A stretch of 64,000 nt of DNA from a virus (Duplodnaviria; Caudoviricetes), in IMG/VR virus record IMGVR_UViG_3300005719_000009, positions 12,125 to 76,124 of that record. The stretch is one strand, 5' to 3'. Both the position numbers and the translations under genes were made by a program. Shown one piece after another: positions 46,891 through 55,868 of the stretch (its first letter is position 1; the number at the start of each line of letters is the position of its first letter). The notes beneath the pieces are model-generated. The model saw only the letters and a program-made list of their open reading frames with translations, was not told where the DNA came from and searched no databases.

Positions 46891-47513
46891 TTCTTATTTT
46901 GCTTTATTTTTTTAATATGTGAAATGCTTACTTTGTATCTTTCTGAAAGTGCCTTATCCGATTCTAATGATGCTCTTATGTTGTATGCTTGTTGTATCGA
47001 TAACTTAGTGCTGCTCCTGTTTTGATTATTAACAGAGGCGGTAACAAATGAACATCTTTCAGGAGAGTATAAGTCGGGCGTTACCCCTAACTGATTAGCT
47101 TTAATGTCTTTATCCAATTGAAGTCCTTCCTTCCAGCCGTTTTCTATAGCCCAATTAAAAAACGAAACAAAGTTTTTATCCCATATATCACAAACACGAA
47201 CTCCTTTGTCTACGTAATTTTTATGTGATGCATGATTTTTGCTCCTGCATCTTGCCTTCATGCCCTTCCAGACATCGTACAAGGGATGTTCCCTGTACTC
47301 GAAAGTAGTTCTTGGCGTTCTATTACAACCGCAACTTTTCCAATGCCCCCTATTCAACTCATAGCCAACAACTATCTTTTCATTCCCACAATCGCATAAA
47401 CAAAGAAACCTTGTTGCCTTGTTATTTGATGGCATCTTTTCTTTTACTAAAAGCATTCCGAATCTTTGGCCGATCAGGTCAAGTCTTTTGGGGCCTCCCT
47501 TATTCACCATCAC
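46878..47513 (-). CDS. HNH-type homing endonuclease-like protein
   Basis: DLIGQRFGMLLV...CLCDCGNEK, VWKGMKARC, GVRVC..W...F..F..W, QLDK, YSPERC.F...SVNNQN. Confidence 0.8.
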   Translation of the reverse strand: MMVNKGGPKRLDLIGQRFGMLLVKEKMPSNNKATRFLCLCDCGNEKIVVGYELNRGHWKSCGCNRTPRTTFEYREHPLYDVWKGMKARCRSKNHASHKNYVDKGVRVCDIWDKNFVSFFNWAIENGWKEGLQLDKDIKANQLGVTPDLYSPERCSFVTASVNNQNRSSTKLSIQQAYNIRASLESDKALSERYKVSISHIKKIKQNKKWKN

Positions 47514-47698
47514 TGAATATCTTTAATCAGCCACAAATATATTTCTTCTGCGTTTTCCAATAACGTACTTGTTACATGAGCCTGACCGGTGCTTTGGGCG
47601 TACTGAACAGCTAATTTTCTACAGGCAATTTTTTCTATATTAACCCATAATTCGTGTTGTGCTTTTTGGTTGCTTTTTGAAATTTCTTCTGGTGTCAT
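47510..47698 (-). CDS. small phage hypothetical protein
   Basis: MTPEEIS...RKLAVQYA...LENAEEIYLWL. Confidence 0.65.
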   Translation of the reverse strand: MTPEEISKSNQKAQHELWVNIEKIACRKLAVQYAQSTGQAHVTSTLLENAEEIYLWLIKDIQ

Positions 47699-47718
47699 AT
47701 TTTTATTTTTTGATGTTC

Positions 47719-47982
47719 TTAATTTCCGTTGCCGTCTTTGAAACACTCATATAATTTAGGATTTTCTGTTTTGTCTTTTTTTAATAATTCATATTCATCT
47801 GTCCAATTAATATTACCATACTTTTCAATCAGCTTAGGCATATAATCTGGCACAATAAAATTCATGTTCTGAAGTAGATTCCTTGTGTTTGGTACTCCCG
47901 GTGGCTTTACCTGAAGCTGAGTAATAATATCTGGTGCCACCACAATCATAACTATTTGCCTCAAAAAACTACCTCTATTCAT
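47719..47982 (-). CDS. small protein containing a copy of the MCP N-terminal arm
   Basis: NFIVPDYMPKLIEKYGN vs MCP NFVIPDYIPGLIAKYGN (12/17 identical); Tat-like start MNRGSFLR. Confidence 0.75.
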   Translation of the reverse strand: MNRGSFLRQIVMIVVAPDIITQLQVKPPGVPNTRNLLQNMNFIVPDYMPKLIEKYGNINWTDEYELLKKDKTENPKLYECFKDGNGN

Positions 47983-49016
47983 GCTGGTATTTTTTGATGA
48001 TTAGGTAATGTTTCGTAAAGTTGTTCCGGGATGGTTTGCTTTATTTTAGCAACATCCGAATCATTAAGCTGCGTATCGTGATATGCAGATATTGCCCATA
48101 AATGCGTTAACCCATTCTCCATAATCGTTCTTTCCTGTTGTTGTCTTTCTTTTCCCGGCAACCATCTAACCTCTGTTGGGATATTATAAATCTTTTTATT
48201 ATTTGCCAATAACCAATAGTTAAACCATTGGCCCGGTTCGTACCCAATTCTGTATATTATTTTTGCCCGATTATCCAATAGTAAATTCGGAACATCATCA
48301 GAGTATGTTCGTTGCCCATATGTTCTTACTGATTCCTGTAATCTTCCCATGCCGTTATGCATAGGCCCGACAACAGGCATGTAGTGAGTAGCCTTTTGCT
48401 CTGCCTTCTGCGGGAAATATGGTTTATATCCTTCAGACAACTCAATATAATCTTCCGGGCAAATCAAAAAGTTATTGACTATGCTTTTATGAACCATAAT
48501 ATGGCAAGCAAAAGACTCCTTCATAGCCATATTCGGGAAATAAAAATACTCTATATTTTTGCAATACAAAGCTGCTTCAAGCCATGCGCCTCTTCTGTAT
48601 AATGCACCTGCCGGATGCATATAAGCGCCACCAGATAATTCAAGGTGAGAACCAGCAGCATCACAACCAGAGTCTATGAATTGCAAATAATAATCCAGCC
48701 AACCTTCCTTAGTTGGGAAGCTATCGCTCTCCATGCATATAACCCATTCATTGGAGGCCATTTCAAATAGCACATCATACCCTATGCCATGTGATTGCAG
48801 CTTATCTTTAGGATACGGGAACACGGTTATTTGATCTTTGAATGGTTCAAGATATTTTATACTCCCATCATCTGCGTTGTTGTCGCATATGAGTATTTCA
48901 ATGTCATGATCGCCTTTATACTTTAATATTTGCGCAACAGTATAGGCTGTCATTTTGCCTGTCTTCCAGTGGCATAAAATTATGCTAAACTTCATTTTAT
49001 GTTTATTTTTTTTCAA
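47979..49016 (-). CDS. glycosyltransferase, GT-A fold (GT2-like)
   Basis: FSIILCHW, EILICDNNADDGS, VICMESDSFP. Confidence 0.8.
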   Translation of the reverse strand: MKKNKHKMKFSIILCHWKTGKMTAYTVAQILKYKGDHDIEILICDNNADDGSIKYLEPFKDQITVFPYPKDKLQSHGIGYDVLFEMASNEWVICMESDSFPTKEGWLDYYLQFIDSGCDAAGSHLELSGGAYMHPAGALYRRGAWLEAALYCKNIEYFYFPNMAMKESFACHIMVHKSIVNNFLICPEDYIELSEGYKPYFPQKAEQKATHYMPVVGPMHNGMGRLQESVRTYGQRTYSDDVPNLLLDNRAKIIYRIGYEPGQWFNYWLLANNKKIYNIPTEVRWLPGKERQQQERTIMENGLTHLWAISAYHDTQLNDSDVAKIKQTIPEQLYETLPNHQKIPA

Positions 49017-49314
49017 CTACCCATTTGTACCCGTCATAATCAAATGTAATAGCAGTTACATCTGGCCATGAAACAACCTTATACGTGTTTAACGATTCAG
49101 CATATTTAACAAACTCTTCATATTCTATGCCTGTAAGATACAATCTCGACATGAATGAGGCCGGAGCGCCAGCATAGTCCAATATTCTCGCATACGCTTT
49201 CAATAAACCAGAGCAACTAATTTCACCAGTAAATGAATTATCTGTGTATAAATCATTGCTTTTAAAGAATGCCAACAATCTTCTGCAATTTTCAATAATT
49301 GTCTCTCTGGTCAT
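49003..49314 (-). CDS. hypothetical protein
   Basis: 103 aa within the modification cluster. Confidence 0.6.
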   Translation of the reverse strand: MTRETIIENCRRLLAFFKSNDLYTDNSFTGEISCSGLLKAYARILDYAGAPASFMSRLYLTGIEYEEFVKYAESLNTYKVVSWPDVTAITFDYDGYKWVVEKK

Positions 49315-49315
49315 T

Positions 49316-50137
49316 TTAATTTTTTTTGCCTAAAAAAAGAGGGTTCCCTTGATACTCAATTCCAATATTGCTTTCAAATCTTTGTTTTTCAAATTCGTTA
49401 TTTGAATAAATGTCTTTTAGATACATATTCTTATCTCGTCTCTCAAACGCAGCATATCTATCCCCTTTTTTAAGCAAGCGTTCCTTCATGCTGTTATAGT
49501 TTTCAGTTGCGAATTTTACCCACCCCGGATCGGTACCCCCTAAGTTATCTATATCATCTACAATAGACATGTAATTTTTAAAATACACAATCTCCTTTAC
49601 ATCGTTAAAAACTTGCGCTTTAAATGAATTATCCATGTCTTTTTCCAAATCTGCCATACGAAACGCCGCCTTATGGTATGGCCTAAAATCGCTGTACCCT
49701 ATAGGTACCAAAGATTCATGTATTCTGCCTGACCATTTCAATTCGTGTCTGTTATAGAATCTAAACCATCTATGCGGATCGGTAGCGTGATCAAAGTAAT
49801 AACAATTGTAATCAGGGCATACAATATTCAAAATGCCATTATCTTTTTCAATAATTTCACTTGTATTCAAATACAGGATAGTACTATTAAATGCCCACCC
49901 TGCCAAAATATTAAGTATTGAGCTAAACCCGTTATGGAAGATATAGTCGAATGGAACTGGTATTATTTTCAAGTTGAATATGTGACGATAAGATTGCAAT
50001 ATCTCTCTATCTTCATCAAAAAGAAGCATATCGCCATATACTATTTCGTCGCATATTGTTGACAATGATTCGAATGTTTTCCTTAGAACCTTAACATTGC
50101 CACATCCCATCGTAATTCCAGTAATACCTGTTTTCAT
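49316..50137 (-). CDS. glycosyltransferase, GT2-like (degenerate DxD region)
   Basis: LRKTFESLSTICDEIVYGD, ILYLNTSE, RFYNR...KWSGRIHESL. Confidence 0.7.
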   Translation of the reverse strand: MKTGITGITMGCGNVKVLRKTFESLSTICDEIVYGDMLLFDEDREILQSYRHIFNLKIIPVPFDYIFHNGFSSILNILAGWAFNSTILYLNTSEIIEKDNGILNIVCPDYNCYYFDHATDPHRWFRFYNRHELKWSGRIHESLVPIGYSDFRPYHKAAFRMADLEKDMDNSFKAQVFNDVKEIVYFKNYMSIVDDIDNLGGTDPGWVKFATENYNSMKERLLKKGDRYAAFERRDKNMYLKDIYSNNEFEKQRFESNIGIEYQGNPLFLGKKN

Positions 50138-50784
50138 TTTACATCTTTAAATTTAACGTATAAACGACAATTGTCATCAAAGTGCCTTTTGGGAATAAAC
50201 CCCTTCATGCACATCAAAAGGTCAAATGAATGGTGCGAGAAGATAGTGCTATGACCGGCTTCGGGGGCCAAATATACATAATCTTCAAGTTCAACATTAT
50301 CTCTTTTTGCTACATCCAGAAAGCCGGTTTCAAAATATGCGAGGCCACCCATAACCAATGAACGATTAATAACATCCAACTCCATGAACGGGCTGCTGCA
50401 ATGTTCAATACACTCTACGCAAGTAACAACATGAAATTTGTTTTTTTCGGGCAGCTTTATGAAATCTTCATTGTAGGCATCATATCCAACGGCATTATAT
50501 CCAGCTTTATTCAAGTCATTAACAAGCCATCCATAACCGCAGCCAAAATCAAGAACATGAACATCTTCTTTTTTTATGCCGTTGGTCATAGTAGCTATAC
50601 GATCTATGCGTATTGGATTTTGGGTTACATTTCTGCCTTCGTGATGTTGCCCACCTACTAACCCTGTTTGATCAATAGGGTCACTAAAAACAACCTTACA
50701 GGATTCGCATTGGCAATACTCTGTGTTTTGTTTTACAATTCTTAAAGGGGCCGGATTATTGCAAATAGGACAATTTTTTTTCAT
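50134..50784 (-). CDS. class I SAM-dependent methyltransferase with N-terminal Zn ribbon
   Basis: CPIC/CESC; VLDFGCGYG; GYDAY; VVTCVECIEH. Confidence 0.85.
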   Translation of the reverse strand: MKKNCPICNNPAPLRIVKQNTEYCQCESCKVVFSDPIDQTGLVGGQHHEGRNVTQNPIRIDRIATMTNGIKKEDVHVLDFGCGYGWLVNDLNKAGYNAVGYDAYNEDFIKLPEKNKFHVVTCVECIEHCSSPFMELDVINRSLVMGGLAYFETGFLDVAKRDNVELEDYVYLAPEAGHSTIFSHHSFDLLMCMKGFIPKRHFDDNCRLYVKFKDVK

Positions 50785-51028
50785 GTTTTATTTTTTATAT
50801 CTCCGTGTTCTTATATCATTTAACATCAAGAAGTGATCTCATTTTATTTTAGTGTTTGTAATTGTTTTGAAAATGATTTAGGAGTCCATTTTGAGTGCCC
50901 GTAGCGTTCTCTACTTTTCATCATTGAATGCCAAAAATAAAGCGCTGCATCATACATCCGGATATTTCTATTGAAATAGATCGGTTATTTTTAAGGTACC
51001 ACCATTTTCTTTTATTAAATCCCATAAC

Positions 51029-51289
51029 TTAGTTTATTTGAATTGACTCTTTTGATTTAATACTTAAAATGCAAAATCCCTTCTTGCAAAATCTATCATC
51101 TGCAAGAATGTGCGTTATTGTGCCATACCATTCTTCCCCTGAATATTGCTTCAGTTCAGTATCCCATTCCTGCAAGCAAACATCATCGCCAACCATAAAC
51201 GGGCGATCATGTTTTCTAACTTCAAATGTTTTTTTGTTCGAAATAATTTCAGCGAAAAATGGCCTTTCTGTTTTTAATGCGTGTAACAT
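51029..51289 (-). CDS. ASCH/DUF3850-family protein
   Basis: HALKT..PFFAEI....KTFEVRKHDRPFMVGD...LQEWD. Confidence 0.85.
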   Translation of the reverse strand: MLHALKTERPFFAEIISNKKTFEVRKHDRPFMVGDDVCLQEWDTELKQYSGEEWYGTITHILADDRFCKKGFCILSIKSKESIQIN

Positions 51290-51290
51290 T

Positions 51291-51524
51291 TTAACTTTGT
51301 TTTTTTATTTCAATATTAATTTCTCTCGGGTCTTTATGTACTCCGACTTTTAGTTTTTCAATTAATTCATCGGCCTTTTTCTCATAATATTTTTTTTGCT
51401 GCTTCAGAACTACGCCATAATTTTTCTCCCATAGTAAAGTAAACTTACGCAAGTTGGTTATTACATGGATTAGTTCTTCAGCAACCTGAATAAGTTCTTC
51501 TTCTGAATTTATTTTCACAATCAT
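51291..51524 (-). CDS. hypothetical protein
   Basis: 77 aa. Confidence 0.6.
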   Translation of the reverse strand: MIVKINSEEELIQVAEELIHVITNLRKFTLLWEKNYGVVLKQQKKYYEKKADELIEKLKVGVHKDPREINIEIKKQS

Positions 51525-51542
51525 TGGTGTGGTTTTTAAATA

Positions 51543-51980
51543 TCAAAATGGCAAGTCAGAGTCATCCGTGGATGCATTTGGGGGATCGCCAAACGGCTTA
51601 TAACCTTGATCACTGCTTGCCGGTGCTGATTGTGCTTGTGATTGGTTCTGCGTACTATCGTCTCTTCTGCCGCTACTCAATAACTGAAGAGAGAATACTC
51701 TTAAATTCAAATACGGCTGCGGCTCCCCTTCTTTCTTTTTCCATATCTTAGCTTCAGGTATTCCCTCTACGTACACCAGAGTACCTTTCCTCATATATTG
51801 AGCAATATTTGTATTTTCTACCCACCAAGAGCAGCTTACCCATGTAGTTTTTTCTTTTTGTATGCCGTTGTCTCTCCATTTATCTGTGTGGGCTACACTG
51901 AAATTCAAAACGCTTTCAGTGCCGTGATATTTAACTTCAACGTCTTTACCAAGATGCCCAATTGCTACCATTTTTAACAT
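51543..51980 (-). CDS. ssb: single-stranded DNA-binding protein
   Basis: IGHLGKD, FSVAH, TTWVSC, KGTLVYVEG, acidic tail DDSDLPF. Confidence 0.93.
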   Translation of the reverse strand: MLKMVAIGHLGKDVEVKYHGTESVLNFSVAHTDKWRDNGIQKEKTTWVSCSWWVENTNIAQYMRKGTLVYVEGIPEAKIWKKKEGEPQPYLNLRVFSLQLLSSGRRDDSTQNQSQAQSAPASSDQGYKPFGDPPNASTDDSDLPF

Positions 51981-51986
51981 TTGTTA

Positions 51987-52313
51987 TCATTTTTCATTTA
52001 TAAAAAATTCAATCACATAGAACGCTTTTGCGATTTCTTTCATTCGTTGTATGTCATCTGTTTTTCCGCTGCACACATCCTTAACGAATATCCACATTTT
52101 TTCTTTTACCTCTTTTTCTAAAAGTTCAATAGCCGTTAATTTGCCATAATTAACAAGAAGGCAATATATCCATACCAATAATTTTCTTGTCCCTGTTAAC
52201 ATTATAACTGATTCGGTAAAAGCAATGTTATTATTTTCAAAATCGCGCACATGCTTTCTGCCTAACTCCCACATGTATTCCGTTTGTTTATTTCCTATTT
52301 CAACTGGATTCAT
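51987..52313 (-). CDS. hypothetical protein
   Basis: 108 aa, coupled to the ATPase gene. Confidence 0.65.
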   Translation of the reverse strand: MNPVEIGNKQTEYMWELGRKHVRDFENNNIAFTESVIMLTGTRKLLVWIYCLLVNYGKLTAIELLEKEVKEKMWIFVKDVCSGKTDDIQRMKEIAKAFYVIEFFINEK

Positions 52314-53236
52314 CCGCGCATATCTTTTCCTGTTACATCAATAATGTTAAACATATCCTTTATCCTACTCCTAACTCTAAACCCATACTTTTGTTCTAAT
52401 TCTAAAAAAGAATTATTTGTGCTCATCATAATATGGTTAAAAGTCTGCTTTCTTAAGTATGTCCCCTCTATGAAATTTTTGAAAAAGTTTATCACATTGC
52501 CATAATGCTTTGCTGATGATTCTTCAGTACCTACATCGTCTAAATACAAAATACCATATCCATCTAAGCGGATATTAACCTCCCCGTTCAATCTTATCTC
52601 ATCTGAAATTTCAAGCATACTCAAAATCAAAATCGGATTGAACCCGTTTTTGCAAATACATTTCACAAGATGTGTTTTGCCTAATCCAGAAACACCACGT
52701 ATCAATAGCCCCTTTTTAAAAGAATATCCAAGCTCTGTTTCAAACCTATTATCTCTGGAAACAAAAAAGCAAAGAGCCGTAATAAGTTTAGTGAAGTCAT
52801 TGCCATTCTTTTCTTTTATTATGAGTTTTTTACCAAACTCATTTTGACTTGTCCACGCCATTAATTTATAAATATTAGCGGCTGTCCATGTTTCTTGTAG
52901 TTCCTTTAATTTTCTCGCCTCTTCTAAAACATCTTTTACACGCTGTTCTTTCACCCACTTATCATAATGCTTTATTGAATTTGCGCGTTGAAGAATAAAG
53001 TCTTTGTCTATTTTTTCATCCCAATTAATTTGAGATATTTTAAAATCAATTTCATCTTCTGTTTTCAAAATACCCCTCATCTTCCATGCGCAATGTTCTT
53101 TTGCCGATCTTATTTCATGTTCAATAATTTTAGCTTCTTCATCAGGAGTAAGAATGTATTCTTCAATAGCATCATCAGGGCCGATCAAATTCAATCGTTT
53201 TGCCAACCGTTGAAGATTGTTGTTGATGTGTTCCAT
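52310..53236 (-). CDS. DnaC/IstB-like AAA+ ATPase (helicase loader)
   Basis: Walker A GVSGLGKT, Walker B LYLDDVGTE, MSTN, YGFRVRSRIKDMFN. Confidence 0.85.
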   Translation of the reverse strand: MEHINNNLQRLAKRLNLIGPDDAIEEYILTPDEEAKIIEHEIRSAKEHCAWKMRGILKTEDEIDFKISQINWDEKIDKDFILQRANSIKHYDKWVKEQRVKDVLEEARKLKELQETWTAANIYKLMAWTSQNEFGKKLIIKEKNGNDFTKLITALCFFVSRDNRFETELGYSFKKGLLIRGVSGLGKTHLVKCICKNGFNPILILSMLEISDEIRLNGEVNIRLDGYGILYLDDVGTEESSAKHYGNVINFFKNFIEGTYLRKQTFNHIMMSTNNSFLELEQKYGFRVRSRIKDMFNIIDVTGKDMRG

Positions 53237-53909
53237 TTTTATAATTATTTTTTAACCCAAAAAGACCTTGCCATCCTTTATTAAGAGATTGCTCAATTAT
53301 TTTTATTGCAATTTGATAATCATCCCCACTCATCTCTTTAAGCTCGTTTAAGACTCTAACTACCCCTCTTTCAGTATATGATTTAATTTTTTTCTTACTG
53401 CGTTCATCTATCCACTCGGCCCACTTTTCAATAAACTCTGGCTCTGAGAAAGGTAATGCTACTTTAAGTTGGTCGTTTTTTGTCATATGATTGTTTTTTG
53501 AATTAATATTTTTACCCTGCTTTAATCCTGTATTTATATCTTCATTTATATCTTCATTTTCATCTTCCATATGAGATGACATATGATTGTTCTTATGTGG
53601 TGATTTATGTGAACCCCCATTTCTGTTGTTTTTCCTTGAATTACAATAGTTTGAGCGTAGATACTTCTCTATACGAAGCCTCTCATTCCAGTATCTACCT
53701 TCTTTCACAAGAAACTTATCACTTATTTGTGGCCATATATGTTCATGCCTGTGACCTAACACTTGTTTTATCATATGTATCGACATATGATCTTTTTGAA
53801 ATTGCAACATTAGCAAGTCGATATACGCCCCTTTGCATTCAAAATCAAGATACATTGTACCTGAAATATAATCTCCGGGGTAAAATAAAAACGCAGGGTC
53901 TTTTGCCAT
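53175..53909 (-). CDS. replication initiator (DUF1376/YdaU-like N-terminus, helical C-terminus)
   Basis: DPAFLFYPGDY..GT......KGAY..LL..Q; central HMEDENED; C-terminal W.EW..ER...IEQS..KGWQGLF. Confidence 0.8.
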   Translation of the reverse strand: MAKDPAFLFYPGDYISGTMYLDFECKGAYIDLLMLQFQKDHMSIHMIKQVLGHRHEHIWPQISDKFLVKEGRYWNERLRIEKYLRSNYCNSRKNNRNGGSHKSPHKNNHMSSHMEDENEDINEDINTGLKQGKNINSKNNHMTKNDQLKVALPFSEPEFIEKWAEWIDERSKKKIKSYTERGVVRVLNELKEMSGDDYQIAIKIIEQSLNKGWQGLFGLKNNYKNGTHQQQSSTVGKTIEFDRP

Positions 53910-53930
53910 TTTAAATTTTGGATTAAGGGG

Positions 53931-54131
53931 TTATTTTACCATGTTCATGGCGTCTTCTTTTTGTTGCCCTGTTAGCTTGTTGTGCCTTCTGATTCGATTG
54001 TATATAGTTCTGCGAGTGATGCCTAATATGTTCGCCGCGCTGCCTTGATTGAAATTTGTGCGCTTTAGGGCTTCTACGACGGCATTGTATTCTAACTGTA
54101 TTTTTAATGCCTTAGCCGGGGTTATTTTCAT
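53931..54131 (-). CDS. Fis-family HTH protein
   Basis: EALKRTNFNQGSAANILGITRRTIYNRI. Confidence 0.85.
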   Translation of the reverse strand: MKITPAKALKIQLEYNAVVEALKRTNFNQGSAANILGITRRTIYNRIRRHNKLTGQQKEDAMNMVK

Positions 54132-54259
54132 TAAGATAAAAATTATACGGCTAAATTATTGTGGTTAATCGATGTTTCAAATTATATTTCTCAATTGTGG
54201 ATATTTATTCCCTTTTGGGAAATTGTTTTCACAATGGCCGTATCTGTTTATGCAAAACA

Positions 54260-54289
54260 GGGGGGGGTGTAAAAATTTACACCCCCCCC
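54260..54289. other. perfect 14-bp hairpin with G8/C8 homopolymer arms
   Basis: GGGGGGGGTGTAAA-AA-TTTACACCCCCCCC. Confidence 0.7.
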
Positions 54290-54312
54290 CAGAATTCGCA
54301 ACCGGCTTTTAT

Positions 54313-54591
54313 TTAGTATTTCATAAATAAATCAAACTCGCTTTCATGAAACACGTTATGCCTCCCGTTTAAAAAATAATTCTCTACTGAGGCACCTCCT
54401 AACTCTACTAATATAGGAGCAGGCTGGCCCCCATTTAGATGTGCAATTAATTTTGCTTCAACCCCTTTTCTGGTATGCATTGGCACCCCTTGTTTGGCTC
54501 TTTCCAAGTTAAACTGTATCATAATAATTCCATTATAAGTGAAGTAAATCCAGAATCGCCGGTAATGTACATCATGCCTTTTACTCGGCAA
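54313..54591 (-). CDS. hypothetical protein
   Basis: FNLERAKQG.P..TRKG..A motif; likely start at the internal MIQF. Confidence 0.6.
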   Translation of the reverse strand: MPSKRHDVHYRRFWIYFTYNGIIMIQFNLERAKQGVPMHTRKGVEAKLIAHLNGGQPAPILVELGGASVENYFLNGRHNVFHESEFDLFMKY

Positions 54592-55535
54592 AAAGTCAGT
54601 TCTTCATCCGGTGCAGTCTTTAATAGACGGTTAAGGATAACCGCATCATAATTAAATTTATCACCCATTGAGCCAATAACATCTATTTCTTTTTCATTAT
54701 CCACACCATAATCACTATTAACGGCTGACATTAACAATTTCCCATTAACTACTTCTAAATACGGGTGGCATAGTTTCTGTTTTGACATAGCCAAACTCAT
54801 TTCATTAAACGCTATCAGCTCTGATTTAGGGGCATGGAAATAAGTGGTCTTGTTGTAGTTAAAAAAGCTACGCATATCAACGTGAGTTGCTTCAGTTTTT
54901 TGAAAACCATAAAGGACTTTCCCGGCCTTAAAAAAAAGTTTCTTTTCGGTTTGTGAAAACTCCGCTGGGTCTATTGAGCTTACCCTTTCGGCAACACTTT
55001 TAGGAATGGCTGTTTTTGGCAATACCCGATCAATCTTTCTATAGAAAGCGATAAACCGGTCTGATGCCAATATGGAGTCGTCGCCTATAAATATATGAGA
55101 TATAATAAGATCATACTGCTCATCTTTTGTATATTTAGCTGCTGCGCCAAACAATTTAAGGATTGTATCTGTTAACGTAACTGTTTCTGTTGGCGGTTCT
55201 TCTGTTACCGGGTACAAGGCAATATCGCCCTGCTCGGAAGTGGTTTTTTGAGACCCATCGGAAATGGTTATTCTTTTGCCGCCGTCTACATGAAATGATA
55301 TATCTGATGCGTTCGTATATTCAATAAAATTAAATAGAACTCTTTCTTCAATAAGAAATGACCCATTGAAAGTTGACTCCTGAACTACAAACTCATTTAG
55401 ATTTGTCTTAGTGATTGTCCCATTGTTAAATTTGATATAATCAAGAATAGGTATAATGCCATTCTTTTTGATATGCGCTGAATTTTTTTTGAGTGACCGT
55501 ATGTCTGCCACAGGGACGTTAATAGTTTGTTTCAT
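54519..55535 (-). CDS. DNA sliding clamp (DnaN beta)-like protein
   Basis: 338 aa with three-domain length; IPIL..I, TNLN, ASDRF, F....L..LL motifs. Confidence 0.65.
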   Translation of the reverse strand: MKQTINVPVADIRSLKKNSAHIKKNGIIPILDYIKFNNGTITKTNLNEFVVQESTFNGSFLIEERVLFNFIEYTNASDISFHVDGGKRITISDGSQKTTSEQGDIALYPVTEEPPTETVTLTDTILKLFGAAAKYTKDEQYDLIISHIFIGDDSILASDRFIAFYRKIDRVLPKTAIPKSVAERVSSIDPAEFSQTEKKLFFKAGKVLYGFQKTEATHVDMRSFFNYNKTTYFHAPKSELIAFNEMSLAMSKQKLCHPYLEVVNGKLLMSAVNSDYGVDNEKEIDVIGSMGDKFNYDAVILNRLLKTAPDEELTFCRVKGMMYITGDSGFTSLIMELL

Positions 55536-55541
55536 GTTGTT

Positions 55542-55859
55542 TTAGAAAAGTTTATTTATTTGAGATTCTGTTTTTTGTTCTGATTTATCGGTATTCTTTT
55601 TAACATACTCTATCATTTTTTGAATACCTTCGGCATTGTAATCTGTTTGGTTTAGTCGGTATTTTAAATAAACACCTTCCCTGCCATATTTTGATTTAAA
55701 CTTTACTGGGGTTTTACTAACCTCTACGCCAAACTTCTTCTCTATGCCTCTACTTATTTCCCGAGGGGCATTAGTACATCCGAATTGCCTGAATGCGGTC
55801 ATTATACTTATAACTTCTCCTTTTAGTAGCGCTTGTGCGATTGCTGCTGTTTGTGTCAT
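55542..55859 (-). CDS. winged HTH protein
   Basis: QTAAIAQALLKGEVIS.MTAF..FG......REI. Confidence 0.65.
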   Translation of the reverse strand: MTQTAAIAQALLKGEVISIMTAFRQFGCTNAPREISRGIEKKFGVEVSKTPVKFKSKYGREGVYLKYRLNQTDYNAEGIQKMIEYVKKNTDKSEQKTESQINKLF

Positions 55860-55868
55860 GGGCTTTAA

